This document shows, piece by piece, positions 36,088 through 44,090 of a stretch of 64,000 bases of DNA. Each line of letters starts with the position of its first letter. Position 1 is the stretch's first letter. Location of the stretch: the IMG/VR virus record IMGVR_UViG_3300002835_000148. One strand, written 5' to 3'. The position numbers and the translations under genes were made by a program. The notes under the pieces were generated by a model. The model saw only the letters and a list, made by a program, of their open reading frames with translations. It was not told the origin of the DNA and did no database searches. The DNA comes from a virus.

Positions 36088-38574
36088 TTACAAGGCACCT
36101 CCCAAAAAGCTCTGATACATTTCCAACAAACTTTTTTGCGCCAGTGTGCGGCTGGCTAGCGCTTTGTACAATTTGGTCTCAACAGGACTGCTGCATAGGT
36201 GGACTACCAAACAAGGATTCTTCTGCCCCGATCTATGCACCCGTGCATTGGCCTGTAAATATGTCTCCGCCGATGTCGTTGGGGAGAACCATACTACCGT
36301 ATTAGCTGCTGTCAGTGTAACCCCATGTGCCGCCGCCTGTGGCTGAATGACTAGCACCTGTGGGTTTTTATCAGTCTGAAACTCTTTGAAAATAACCGTG
36401 CGCTTTTTAGCCGACACATCACCGTGTATCGCTGCTGTGGTTATGCCATGCTTATTCAGGTAGCGCTCGACCAAATCTATCGAGTGCCGAAAGGCGCAAA
36501 ACACTAGCGTTTTATGCGAGACTTGCTGAACAATGTCCAGCAATTCTTCCAGTTTGTTAGAGCAGTCAAACTCAACAACCTCTCCAGTGTCAGAATACAC
36601 TGATCCACAATTATGCACAATAAGCGGCCCTTGGTGCCCAGCTACAACAAACCTAGCCCTGGGTCCGCAGTTAAGTAAGTCGTAAGTTTTTTGCTCTTGT
36701 CTGGAGGCACCATCAGGGCTATTTCTACGGGCCAACCCGCCTTTAGGCGTCTTCTCAATGTGATAGGCTTGATCCCATACGCCTTCGCCGCTTGTGCTAT
36801 GGGCATTAAACCTTTCGGGGTGTCTATGAGTACATTCGTCCGTTTGTTCAGCCCCTGCTGTTCTGCGGTAGCCCATCGGCAATTTTCTGGGGAATATGGG
36901 CCATTGTTGTCTATTCGATCCAGTGTGAGCCCCTTCTTGTATACCGGCCCCATATCTAACCAAAACGCCGCGAATGAATACCGCCAACTTTCGCATACTG
37001 CTATACCCCGTGCCCCGTAATTTTTGTAGTCCTTGTTGGAGGGATTGTGACAACGGAGTATCATGTTTTGATAATTGGAATACGCCTGATGGTAACTCAT
37101 TTTGTGCGTTTCGTTCCCGTGGTGGCAGCCACAACTCCTTGGGTATTTTCTGTGCTTCGCCCGCAAGTATTGGCTCTCCCTTTCCGTAATGTTCCCACAA
37201 TCGCAAAGACAAAGCCATCTGGCTTTTTTTGCTTTCCCAACTGATGTTCCGGCCCTTGCTATCACAGTCAGGTAGCCGAACTTTCGCTGCATCAAATCTA
37301 TAGCCGGATTTGCCATATAGTATATCTCCTGCTGTGCGCCAACCTTGTGTAGTAAGGACATTATGATCTAGTGTCATAGATACCCCGTAGCAGTCCTCTA
37401 CTTGCTTAACTCCTCGGAATATGACTCCACCATGATCTACCCATTCCTCTCCATCCCAGACTTTATGCTTGGCTGATACGTCTTGTATAGGTATCCAGCC
37501 TATATCCGTGAGTACCGGAGTATTATACACTATGCACGAAATTTGCAATAGCTTCCCCATCTGCACAGCGGCATTTACCGCTGATATATCCGTCCCCGCC
37601 GCCTGAATGAGCTGCTCTTTCCTCAGCTTATCATAGTATTTTTTCTGCTGCGCTGTCATAGGTATTTGCCTATCTGAATACAGCATATCCGGTAAGTCTA
37701 GGCAGTCTTCTGTCTTGTATCGAATGGCTGGCTGAAGCGCTTCATACACAATATCTTGAGCTTCTGGGCGCGGAACGTATTTGAACTGCGACGTTTTCAG
37801 CATCACTTTGTCTTTCCATGCTCCAGCATATCCCGGCACAGCGCTTGGATTCACTAGCCTAGCCTGACCATACGCATCTTCTGGTGACTGCGCTGCGGGT
37901 GTTCCTGTCAATAGCCAGAGCCATGTGTCTGCCTTTATCAATGAGTTTAGCGTCTTCCATCGCCTTGTCTTTACATTCTTTAGCGCAGTGCTCTCGTCAC
38001 ACACAATCAGGTCAAAGCCACCCTGCAATATCTCATCGCGCACCACTTCAATCCCGTCATAGTTGATGATGACAAAATCGGCCTTACCCTTTATAACGGC
38101 GATGCGCTGCTCTTTCGTGCCGTGGGCTATACCCACTCGCCTGTGCATAACTGTATTGAATAGGTCTGACCGCCATGCACAATCCATGATAGACAGTGGG
38201 CATACGATCAACACGCGCTTTATTGCTTTGGTGTTCAGCAGGTAGTCTGCGGCCCACGCTACAGCAGAGGTCTTCCCCGTCCCCATCGCATTAAGGCAAA
38301 ACGCTCTCCTGTGCAATGTCAGAAACGATGCAGTGTCCCTCTGATGGTCAAACGGGCTGTATATTCCGGGCCAGTCGTACTTACCAAGGATAGGTGACAG
38401 CACCTTTTTGAAGCCTAGGTTTTTCAGAATCATGGCATTGCCCAGATTCCAATGCACAGCAACATCGTGCACTCCATGCCCTTCTTTTATAACCTTGGAC
38501 TTTTGAATCACCTGAGTGATTTTGTCTGGGTTCTTTGTACGCACAACAAGTGCGCTATTTGCTAATACTTCCAT
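36088..38574 (-). CDS. SNF2-family helicase, intein-containing precursor
   Basis: 828-codon continuous frame. Motifs NAMGTGKTS, LIVCDESTAL, LTGTP, QPQAAAHGVTLT and QANARVHRSGQ. Interrupted at aa 347-655. Confidence 0.85.
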   Translation of the reverse strand: MEVLANSALVVRTKNPDKITQVIQKSKVIKEGHGVHDVAVHWNLGNAMILKNLGFKKVLSPILGKYDWPGIYSPFDHQRDTASFLTLHRRAFCLNAMGTGKTSAVAWAADYLLNTKAIKRVLIVCPLSIMDCAWRSDLFNTVMHRRVGIAHGTKEQRIAVIKGKADFVIINYDGIEVVRDEILQGGFDLIVCDESTALKNVKTRRWKTLNSLIKADTWLWLLTGTPAAQSPEDAYGQARLVNPSAVPGYAGAWKDKVMLKTSQFKYVPRPEAQDIVYEALQPAIRYKTEDCLDLPDMLYSDRQIPMTAQQKKYYDKLRKEQLIQAAGTDISAVNAAVQMGKLLQISCIVYNTPVLTDIGWIPIQDVSAKHKVWDGEEWVDHGGVIFRGVKQVEDCYGVSMTLDHNVLTTQGWRTAGDILYGKSGYRFDAAKVRLPDCDSKGRNISWESKKSQMALSLRLWEHYGKGEPILAGEAQKIPKELWLPPRERNAQNELPSGVFQLSKHDTPLSQSLQQGLQKLRGTGYSSMRKLAVFIRGVLVRYGAGIQEGAHTGSNRQQWPIFPRKLPMGYRRTAGAEQTDECTHRHPERFNAHSTSGEGVWDQAYHIEKTPKGGLARRNSPDGASRQEQKTYDLLNCGPRARFVVAGHQGPLIVHNCGSVYSDTGEVVEFDCSNKLEELLDIVQQVSHKTLVFCAFRHSIDLVERYLNKHGITTAAIHGDVSAKKRTVIFKEFQTDKNPQVLVIQPQAAAHGVTLTAANTVVWFSPTTSAETYLQANARVHRSGQKNPCLVVHLCSSPVETKLYKALASRTLAQKSLLEMYQSFLGGAL
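36610..37536 (-). mobile_element. intein in SNF2 helicase (309 codons)
   Basis: Begins CIVYNTPVLT (Cys codon 37536..37534). TLDHNV block. Ends YDLLNCGPRARFVVAGHQGPLIVHN (Asn 36612..36610) followed by a Cys extein residue. Confidence 0.8.
36642..37316 (-). CDS. homing-endonuclease-like protein nested out of frame (+1) inside the helicase intein
   Basis: 224 aa from an ATG with AGGAG 9 nt upstream (ORF-track 36642..37361). Motifs WLCLCDCG..SCGC, YKNYGARGI and LDRIDNNGPYSPENCRW are shared with 40515..41234 and 42547..43041. Confidence 0.7.
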   Translation of the reverse strand: MANPAIDLMQRKFGYLTVIARAGTSVGKAKKARWLCLCDCGNITERESQYLRAKHRKYPRSCGCHHGNETHKMSYHQAYSNYQNMILRCHNPSNKDYKNYGARGIAVCESWRYSFAAFWLDMGPVYKKGLTLDRIDNNGPYSPENCRWATAEQQGLNKRTNVLIDTPKGLMPIAQAAKAYGIKPITLRRRLKAGWPVEIALMVPPDKSKKLTTYLTADPGLGLL

Positions 38575-38628
38575 AATTTCACCACATCGCTTAGGGAGCG
38601 ACGACCCATGTTGTTTCGCTAGATACTT

Positions 38629-38865
38629 TTAGAGAATGTCGTAGGTGTCATCCTCACTTGATATTTTAAGAACATCCTGCACATCGGGTTTGATAACATC
38701 GCCGCTGTGCACCCACTCCTTGATCTGTTTGTAGCAGTGCTTCCTCTCCCGACGGGCTACCACAAAGGTCATGTTTATCAACTCATCCAAGAACCGATCT
38801 ATGACCTCTTGCGGCATCCCAGCGTTTCGTGCTAACTGCTTAACGCTTTTAGTTGTTACTCTCAT
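38629..38865 (-). CDS. hypothetical protein
   Basis: 78 aa. Confidence 0.55.
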   Translation of the reverse strand: MRVTTKSVKQLARNAGMPQEVIDRFLDELINMTFVVARRERKHCYKQIKEWVHSGDVIKPDVQDVLKISSEDDTYDIL

Positions 38866-39155
38866 TTTTTCTTTTTCGGACTGTCATAAGTTGCTTTGGG
38901 TTTGTGGTTGCTAGCTCTAGCATAGCTACGGTTGTCATGCTTAGAGGTTAAAAAATATCCGTCTGCATTAGAGCCACCTTTGGACAAAGCCTTTTTATGC
39001 GCTATGTCTTTGCCGGTTCTATCCACACCTTCTTTATCCAGTTTATACCTAGCACGCTGACGGGCCAGCTTAGCTTGAAGGACACCGCCGTCTTTTTTCT
39101 GCCGTGCCTTTTCATTCTGCCAATCACGCTTGTAGTCTCTCACCTTAGAGGGCAT
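38862..39155 (-). CDS. small basic protein
   Basis: 97 aa, K/R-rich. GKDIAHKKALSKGG faintly resembles an HNH motif. Confidence 0.5.
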   Translation of the reverse strand: MPSKVRDYKRDWQNEKARQKKDGGVLQAKLARQRARYKLDKEGVDRTGKDIAHKKALSKGGSNADGYFLTSKHDNRSYARASNHKPKATYDSPKKKK

Positions 39156-39164
39156 CGCCTTCTC

Positions 39165-39845
39165 CTATCTATTTCTGCCGTTATGCTCACAAGATAGTGC
39201 TTCGCACCACTTGCCACATAAACCATTCGGTTTTGGGTTGAACACGCCTGTTTCATAAGACATTTCTCGTTGTGCAAGTATACCATGCAGGTCAGAGAAA
39301 ATAGTGAAAGCCTCGTCACGGGTGTAGACACTCTGTATGCGGTCATTAGGCACGATGAACCACAGCATAGCCTTCACTTTTTCCAACTGCGGAAACTTAG
39401 CGAACATACACGCTGCCATCAGCGCCAACTGCTTTATGTCTGCATAACGAGAGCTTTTGCCTGTCTTGTAGTCCAGCACCCAGCCTGTGCTGTCATTTAT
39501 GATAATCAGGTCGGCTATGCCTCTAAACCATACGTCCTTGTCAAAGAAGTCACAGGCTACCAGCTTACCGTCCTCTTTCTTCAACCCCATTTTGAGTTCG
39601 CAATGCTTATCACCGGGGAATCTCTTTAGGCTGTCTAGGTAAGACTGTATATGAGAAAACTTGGGCAGGAGTGGCTTGTCATCGCGTACGTACTCTTCCG
39701 CTGCGGTATGCAGCTCTTTTCCGTAAAGTGTAGCCTCAGTGTCAGTGAATACTACTTCTTTGGTGATCTTCTCCGCCTCGTACTTACGAGGGCATAGCTC
39801 ATACAATTTTATTGATGAGAAACTCCATGCTCCGGGTTTTTTCAT
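39165..39845 (-). CDS. PD-(D/E)XK nuclease, Cas4/RecB-like with Fe-S cysteines
   Basis: 226 aa. N-terminal Cys (YELCPRKY), IADLII..LDYKTGK..QLAL core, and a C-terminal CGKWCEALSC cluster. Confidence 0.7.
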   Translation of the reverse strand: MKKPGAWSFSSIKLYELCPRKYEAEKITKEVVFTDTEATLYGKELHTAAEEYVRDDKPLLPKFSHIQSYLDSLKRFPGDKHCELKMGLKKEDGKLVACDFFDKDVWFRGIADLIIINDSTGWVLDYKTGKSSRYADIKQLALMAACMFAKFPQLEKVKAMLWFIVPNDRIQSVYTRDEAFTIFSDLHGILAQREMSYETGVFNPKPNGLCGKWCEALSCEHNGRNR

Positions 39846-39856
39846 CTGTACCTTCC

Positions 39857-42553
39857 TTAAAAATAACTCTCTAACTTCTTCATTTTGAATGATAAATTAT
39901 CTCCGAACCCGCACTCGGCGTCCAGCGGTATGTTGGGCAGCCACTCTGGAGGTCTACGAAGCTCCTCTACAATAAACTTCATAGCTTCTAGTGATTGCTC
40001 GGTCGGTACAATACCGTAGAGCGCGTCATGGATAGTCAGCCCGACAGGGTACTTCTTGTGTACTCTTACCATAGCCTCGCCCATCACGCACCTAGCCAAT
40101 GCCTGAATGATATTCTGAAAGCATTTGGCGGCGTGTATATGCACTGGCCCTTTGCGCGTTTTGTACACCCATTGTAGCCTGTTCGAGCTATCCATAGAGG
40201 GTGTCAGGTCATTATAGGTCATATACAAATTGGAAGGTAGCCTGATGCCCCGCGCTCCGATAACTTTCAGCGATAGCGCTCCTAAACCAATGTCGTATTC
40301 TTCATTTTGTGCAATCGCGTACAGCGCGTTACCTGCATCATGCCAAGCTTTTTTGACCATATAGTAATCATCTCGGTAAATTTCTACGACTTTTTTAGCA
40401 AATGTTTCTCCAATGTCCCTACCGGATAGCATCTTGATTTGCTCACGTAATTTCACATGGCCTGTGCCATAGATCAAACTTAACTGACAGTTATGTACAA
40501 TTATTGGGCCGGAATCAGTCAAGATCGTAAATCTGTTCCTCGGCCCGGCGCAAAGCAAGTCGTAAACGGGCAATCTCCGCCTCAAGCTCACTGATTTGGC
40601 GCTTGTTTCTGGTATTCTCCGCTCTGGAGATAAACCTAATGTTGCCCGGTTCGTAATTACCATTATTGTCGATGCGATCCATGTCAAACTCTGGAACATC
40701 CCAACCATCAAGTGTTTGCGCGTGCGCGAGAAACTGCGCTTTATCCATGCGCCATAGTGCGTACACCGTGATGCCTCGGCCCCCATAGTTTTTATAGTTG
40801 CCGTCTTTGGTGTTATGGCAGCGGTTAATTGCTGCGGCGATTCGGTTAAGCAACCTACGCCGATGCTGGTCATTAGGCATGGCTTTGGTGTAAGCCCAGA
40901 ACCTTTTAGTCCGACCTGCTGTAAGCCCGCATTGATGGCATCTAGTGCTTTTGAAGTCTTTGAAATTATGCTTATCCACAGTGTATTCAGGGAGGCCGCA
41001 GTCGCATTGGACAATAAGCGCGGCAACTCCCCCTCGCGGGCCTTGAATGTAGCCTGTAACGGTAAGTTTGCCGCTCCTATACCCAATGCTTGGGAGAGGA
41101 TGGACGCATCTGAAACCACTGATTGACTTTCCAACCACTGAGTCCCTGACCACACTAGATGATCCGGTGTTAACCAACTCCCGCAAAGACTCAATGTTTC
41201 TTTGTAACCTTTCGACACTAATCCTTGGTGGCATACCCACTCCTCCCCATCCCATACTTTGTCTGACAAAGAAACCGCTTCAATCGGCTTCCATCCTGAG
41301 TAGCATAATACTAGAGTTCCCTCGGCAATACAAGTTTTTCCAACGAAGCGCTGCTCGTCTGTGACATCTGCATATCTTATGTTAAACGCTGATGCAGCAA
41401 AGTCTTTATACAGGTCAAGCCCATCGCCCAGCATCTCTAGCTTATCCATCTGCCCAGCAAAGTACAGGCCCACACGCAGCTCGATGTTAGACAAGTCAGC
41501 ACCCACTATGCTATAGCCCAAAGGCGCGACGATAGCCTTCTTTAGCGGAGAAGTGCGAGGCAAATTCTGCAGATTGATTGAGTCCACTGCCGACCAGCGC
41601 CCTGTGATCGCGCCATAGTATTTTAGAGGTACAGGTAGCGAACCACTCTCTTCTGCTATGCGAATGAAGCGCTCTGTGCGGGTTTCTTCGAGTGTGCTCT
41701 TGACGCCTAGCCTAGCAGCAACTACAGCCTGTACACTGAAATTATCATGCTCCAGCAGTGCTTTGAACTCTGCATCACTCTTGGCAAAAGCGTAGGCAAT
41801 CTTGCCCGTTCGCGGGCTTACTTTCACCGGAGGTGTAACACCAAAACTTTTAAGCACTTCCGCCAGCTTCGGGTTCGACATCAAGTCTTCTTTAGCAATA
41901 CCGCTCTCTATAAGCAGGATTGTTTTCCTACCACGCACATCCGTTAAGTGCTCGTGTAACAGTGCGGTGTCTAGTTGAAATTGTGGCTTTGTGTGCATCT
42001 TGATCGTCATGTCGATCAACGCAATTTCCGACTTGATAAATGCTGGGGCTAGTCGCTTGAACAACTCATAGGTTAGCTCTACGTCATTCTTGCAGTATTC
42101 CCCATACGCCTTTAACTCTAACTCTGCGAAATCTGCACGGCGTTTACCCATAGCAAGGACAACTTCTTCACCCTTTACCCCTAGCTCGTAGCGTTCAGCT
42201 AGCGCTTTGAGCGATCCACCTGCGTCAACACCATGTACGGCGCGGGCCATAGACAGAGTATCGAGTATCAGCTTAGGGTGAATCCCGAACCGCCACGCTA
42301 GAATAGACGCATCAAACAGCGCATTGTGAGCCAGCATAAACGCATTGGCCCAGTCAAAACAACCAAGCCAGTCCCTAATTTCTTCATGCGTTCCGCTAAA
42401 CCATGCTGCCGGTTCATCGTTCTTCTTTACTGCAACGCCGATAGTTTCATATCGTTCGTCATCTACGTAGCTCTGAGTCGTTACGTCTTTGCGTGATAAG
42501 CTGTACTCTTTGCTATAGTAGGTTTCTATATCCACCGTAAACATATTTAGCAT
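39857..42553 (-). CDS. family A DNA polymerase with 3'-5' exonuclease, intein-containing precursor
   Basis: 898-codon continuous frame. Exo motifs FTVDIET and HNALFD. Pol motif A GADLSNIELR and motif C LTIHDALY. Motif B (RFVGKT / QLSLIYG) is split by an intein at aa 408-688. Confidence 0.88.
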   Translation of the reverse strand: MLNMFTVDIETYYSKEYSLSRKDVTTQSYVDDERYETIGVAVKKNDEPAAWFSGTHEEIRDWLGCFDWANAFMLAHNALFDASILAWRFGIHPKLILDTLSMARAVHGVDAGGSLKALAERYELGVKGEEVVLAMGKRRADFAELELKAYGEYCKNDVELTYELFKRLAPAFIKSEIALIDMTIKMHTKPQFQLDTALLHEHLTDVRGRKTILLIESGIAKEDLMSNPKLAEVLKSFGVTPPVKVSPRTGKIAYAFAKSDAEFKALLEHDNFSVQAVVAARLGVKSTLEETRTERFIRIAEESGSLPVPLKYYGAITGRWSAVDSINLQNLPRTSPLKKAIVAPLGYSIVGADLSNIELRVGLYFAGQMDKLEMLGDGLDLYKDFAASAFNIRYADVTDEQRFVGKTCIAEGTLVLCYSGWKPIEAVSLSDKVWDGEEWVCHQGLVSKGYKETLSLCGSWLTPDHLVWSGTQWLESQSVVSDASILSQALGIGAANLPLQATFKAREGELPRLLSNATAASLNTLWISIISKTSKALDAINAGLQQVGLKGSGLTPKPCLMTSIGVGCLTESPQQLTAAITPKTATIKTMGAEASRCTHYGAWIKRSFSRTRKHLMVGMFQSLTWIASTIMVITNRATLGLSPERRIPETSAKSVSLRRRLPVYDLLCAGPRNRFTILTDSGPIIVHNCQLSLIYGTGHVKLREQIKMLSGRDIGETFAKKVVEIYRDDYYMVKKAWHDAGNALYAIAQNEEYDIGLGALSLKVIGARGIRLPSNLYMTYNDLTPSMDSSNRLQWVYKTRKGPVHIHAAKCFQNIIQALARCVMGEAMVRVHKKYPVGLTIHDALYGIVPTEQSLEAMKFIVEELRRPPEWLPNIPLDAECGFGDNLSFKMKKLESYF
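40490..41332 (-). mobile_element. intein in DNA polymerase motif B (281 codons)
   Basis: Begins CIAEGTLVL (Cys 41332..41330). KVWDGEEWV and TPDHLV blocks. Ends VYDLLCAGPRNRFTILTDSGPIIVHN (Asn 40492..40490) followed by Cys. Confidence 0.8.
40515..41234 (-). CDS. homing-endonuclease-like protein nested out of frame inside the polymerase intein
   Basis: 239 aa from an ATG with GGAGG 7 nt upstream (ORF-track 40515..41255). Motifs QCDCG..RCHQCG, YKNYGGRGI and MDRIDNNGNYEPGN. Coiled-coil-like C-terminus. Confidence 0.7.
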   Translation of the reverse strand: MPPRISVERLQRNIESLRELVNTGSSSVVRDSVVGKSISGFRCVHPLPSIGYRSGKLTVTGYIQGPRGGVAALIVQCDCGLPEYTVDKHNFKDFKSTRCHQCGLTAGRTKRFWAYTKAMPNDQHRRRLLNRIAAAINRCHNTKDGNYKNYGGRGITVYALWRMDKAQFLAHAQTLDGWDVPEFDMDRIDNNGNYEPGNIRFISRAENTRNKRQISELEAEIARLRLALRRAEEQIYDLD

Positions 42554-43041
42554 ATGCCTTTCTCCTGCATAAACGCCCTAACTATTGCTTCCTTTTCTGG
42601 GCTTAATCTGGCGCAATTAAAGCCTTCTTTGTCTTTGTGCCTTACTCGCCAAATGTAATGATGCGCGGTCATTGTCTTCACACCCATGAGGACGCCTAAT
42701 TCCCATGCCATAGTTTTAGCATAGTTGCGATTTCGCGCCTGTGTTTGTCGTGTAGCCCAACAGCAATTATCAGGGCTGTACCCTTTGTTTACATCAACTC
42801 TTTCTAGTGTGTGCTTGCTCGTAGGGCGTCGCCCCATATCCGATAAGAAATTTTCGTAGAGCAACCATTCAGCTATGACAGAGATTCCCCGCCCCCCGTA
42901 GTGCTTATAATCTACGGCTCTAGTGTTGAAACACCTATTTTTCATCATTTGCCATGAGCGATATTCTGGAGTAGCCACGCGCCGCCCATTTACGTAGCGC
43001 ACTTCCCCGCACGCTTTTACAGCCATTACTTTATCAGGCAT
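42547..43041 (-). CDS. free-standing homing-endonuclease-like protein (paralogue of the nested genes)
   Basis: 164 aa. Sequence TPEYRSWQMMKNRC..YKHYGGRGISV..LERVDVNKGYSPDNCCWAT. Overlaps the polymerase start by 7 nt. Confidence 0.7.
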   Translation of the reverse strand: MPDKVMAVKACGEVRYVNGRRVATPEYRSWQMMKNRCFNTRAVDYKHYGGRGISVIAEWLLYENFLSDMGRRPTSKHTLERVDVNKGYSPDNCCWATRQTQARNRNYAKTMAWELGVLMGVKTMTAHHYIWRVRHKDKEGFNCARLSPEKEAIVRAFMQEKGIC

Positions 43042-43348
43042 CCTCCCTCCAATTTTTTAATAGCCTTTGCAGGTCTTCTTTCAGTGTGCCTAAGCCTGCT
43101 TCATTAACGACGAGAGCGCACCCACCAGCAGTGCTTATTCTTTTTAGCTCTCGCTCCTGCAACGCCGTGGTCTTCCCCTTTCCAGCTTTGCACTCTATTC
43201 CAAAAAAATACCCATTCAAACAACCGCATATATCAGGCACCCCACTTTTTCCATAGCCGCCCGTAACAGGGCTAAAATGATATGCTCCCAACTCATCCAA
43301 GATTTTCTTAACTACTGCTTTTACTTTAGCCTCTGGCGTAGTTGCCAT
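43034..43348 (-). CDS. VRR-NUC domain nuclease
   Basis: 104 aa. GVPDICG..GIECKAGKGKTTALQ matches the PD..ExK..Q motif order. Confidence 0.72.
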   Translation of the reverse strand: MATTPEAKVKAVVKKILDELGAYHFSPVTGGYGKSGVPDICGCLNGYFFGIECKAGKGKTTALQERELKRISTAGGCALVVNEAGLGTLKEDLQRLLKNWREDA

Positions 43349-43362
43349 TCACTCCTCCTTTG

Positions 43363-43593
43363 TTAACCATCACCGCTACCCTCGCCATCACCGTAGCCAG
43401 CACCACTGCCACTACCGTGGCTGAAACTACTACCTATGTCAGTGCCAAAGCCCTCTACCGCTTCAAAGTACCATTCAGGGCAATCGTTTACACCATCGCC
43501 AGCACCAGCGCCATTACCGATACCCCACCCGTGACCACGCCCTGAGTAGTGGCCTGAGTTATCTCCTTCGTTAGTGAGTTTATAGGGTGGCAT
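43363..43593 (-). CDS. glycine-rich small protein, array member 5
   Basis: 76 aa from the internal ATG (MPPYKLTNEGDNSGH..). GGGAGGTGGGAAG precedes the ATG. 14-nt overlap with member 4. Confidence 0.5.
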   Translation of the reverse strand: MPPYKLTNEGDNSGHYSGRGHGWGIGNGAGAGDGVNDCPEWYFEAVEGFGTDIGSSFSHGSGSGAGYGDGEGSGDG

Positions 43594-43831
43594 CTTCCCA
43601 CCTCCCGCTGTAACCGCCCTCACCATCGCCATAACCCGCACCGCCCCCCTCCCCCTCGCCACTGCCCTCGCCAGCGCAGCCTCCAATACCCCCATCCGCG
43701 CCGTCCCCACCGCCAGTGCTATCACCAGCGCCAGCATCATATCCGTAAGTAGATAGATCGCCCCAGCCCCTACCCTGCCCTGTGCCGAGGCATAAGTTAT
43801 CTCCATTGTTAGTGAATCTATAGGTCAACAT
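43580..43831 (-). CDS. glycine-rich small protein, array member 4
   Basis: 83 aa, MLTYRFTNNGDN.. ends GRWEDATL. Same SD/ATG junction. Confidence 0.5.
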   Translation of the reverse strand: MLTYRFTNNGDNLCLGTGQGRGWGDLSTYGYDAGAGDSTGGGDGADGGIGGCAGEGSGEGEGGGAGYGDGEGGYSGRWEDATL

Positions 43832-44090
43832 CTTCCCACCTCCCGTTGTAGCCACCCTCACCTGCGCCTCCGCCGGAGCCATCTCCATCACCATAGCCAT
43901 CGGCATAGCTGTCTTCATTGACCTCACAATCACCATTCCCAAAACCGTCGCCAGAGCCACTATACCTGCCGTGACCTATTCTAACGTGGCTGAGAGTAGC
44001 AGCATTACCGGAGCCGTAACCCCATCCCCAACAGCGACCTGAGTCGTGGCCTGAGCTATCTCCTCCGTTAGTAAGTTTATAGGTCAACAT
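43818..44090 (-). CDS. glycine-rich small protein, array member 3
   Basis: 90 aa, MLTYKLTNGGDSSGH.. ends GRWEDVDL. Same junction. Confidence 0.5.
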   Translation of the reverse strand: MLTYKLTNGGDSSGHDSGRCWGWGYGSGNAATLSHVRIGHGRYSGSGDGFGNGDCEVNEDSYADGYGDGDGSGGGAGEGGYNGRWEDVDL

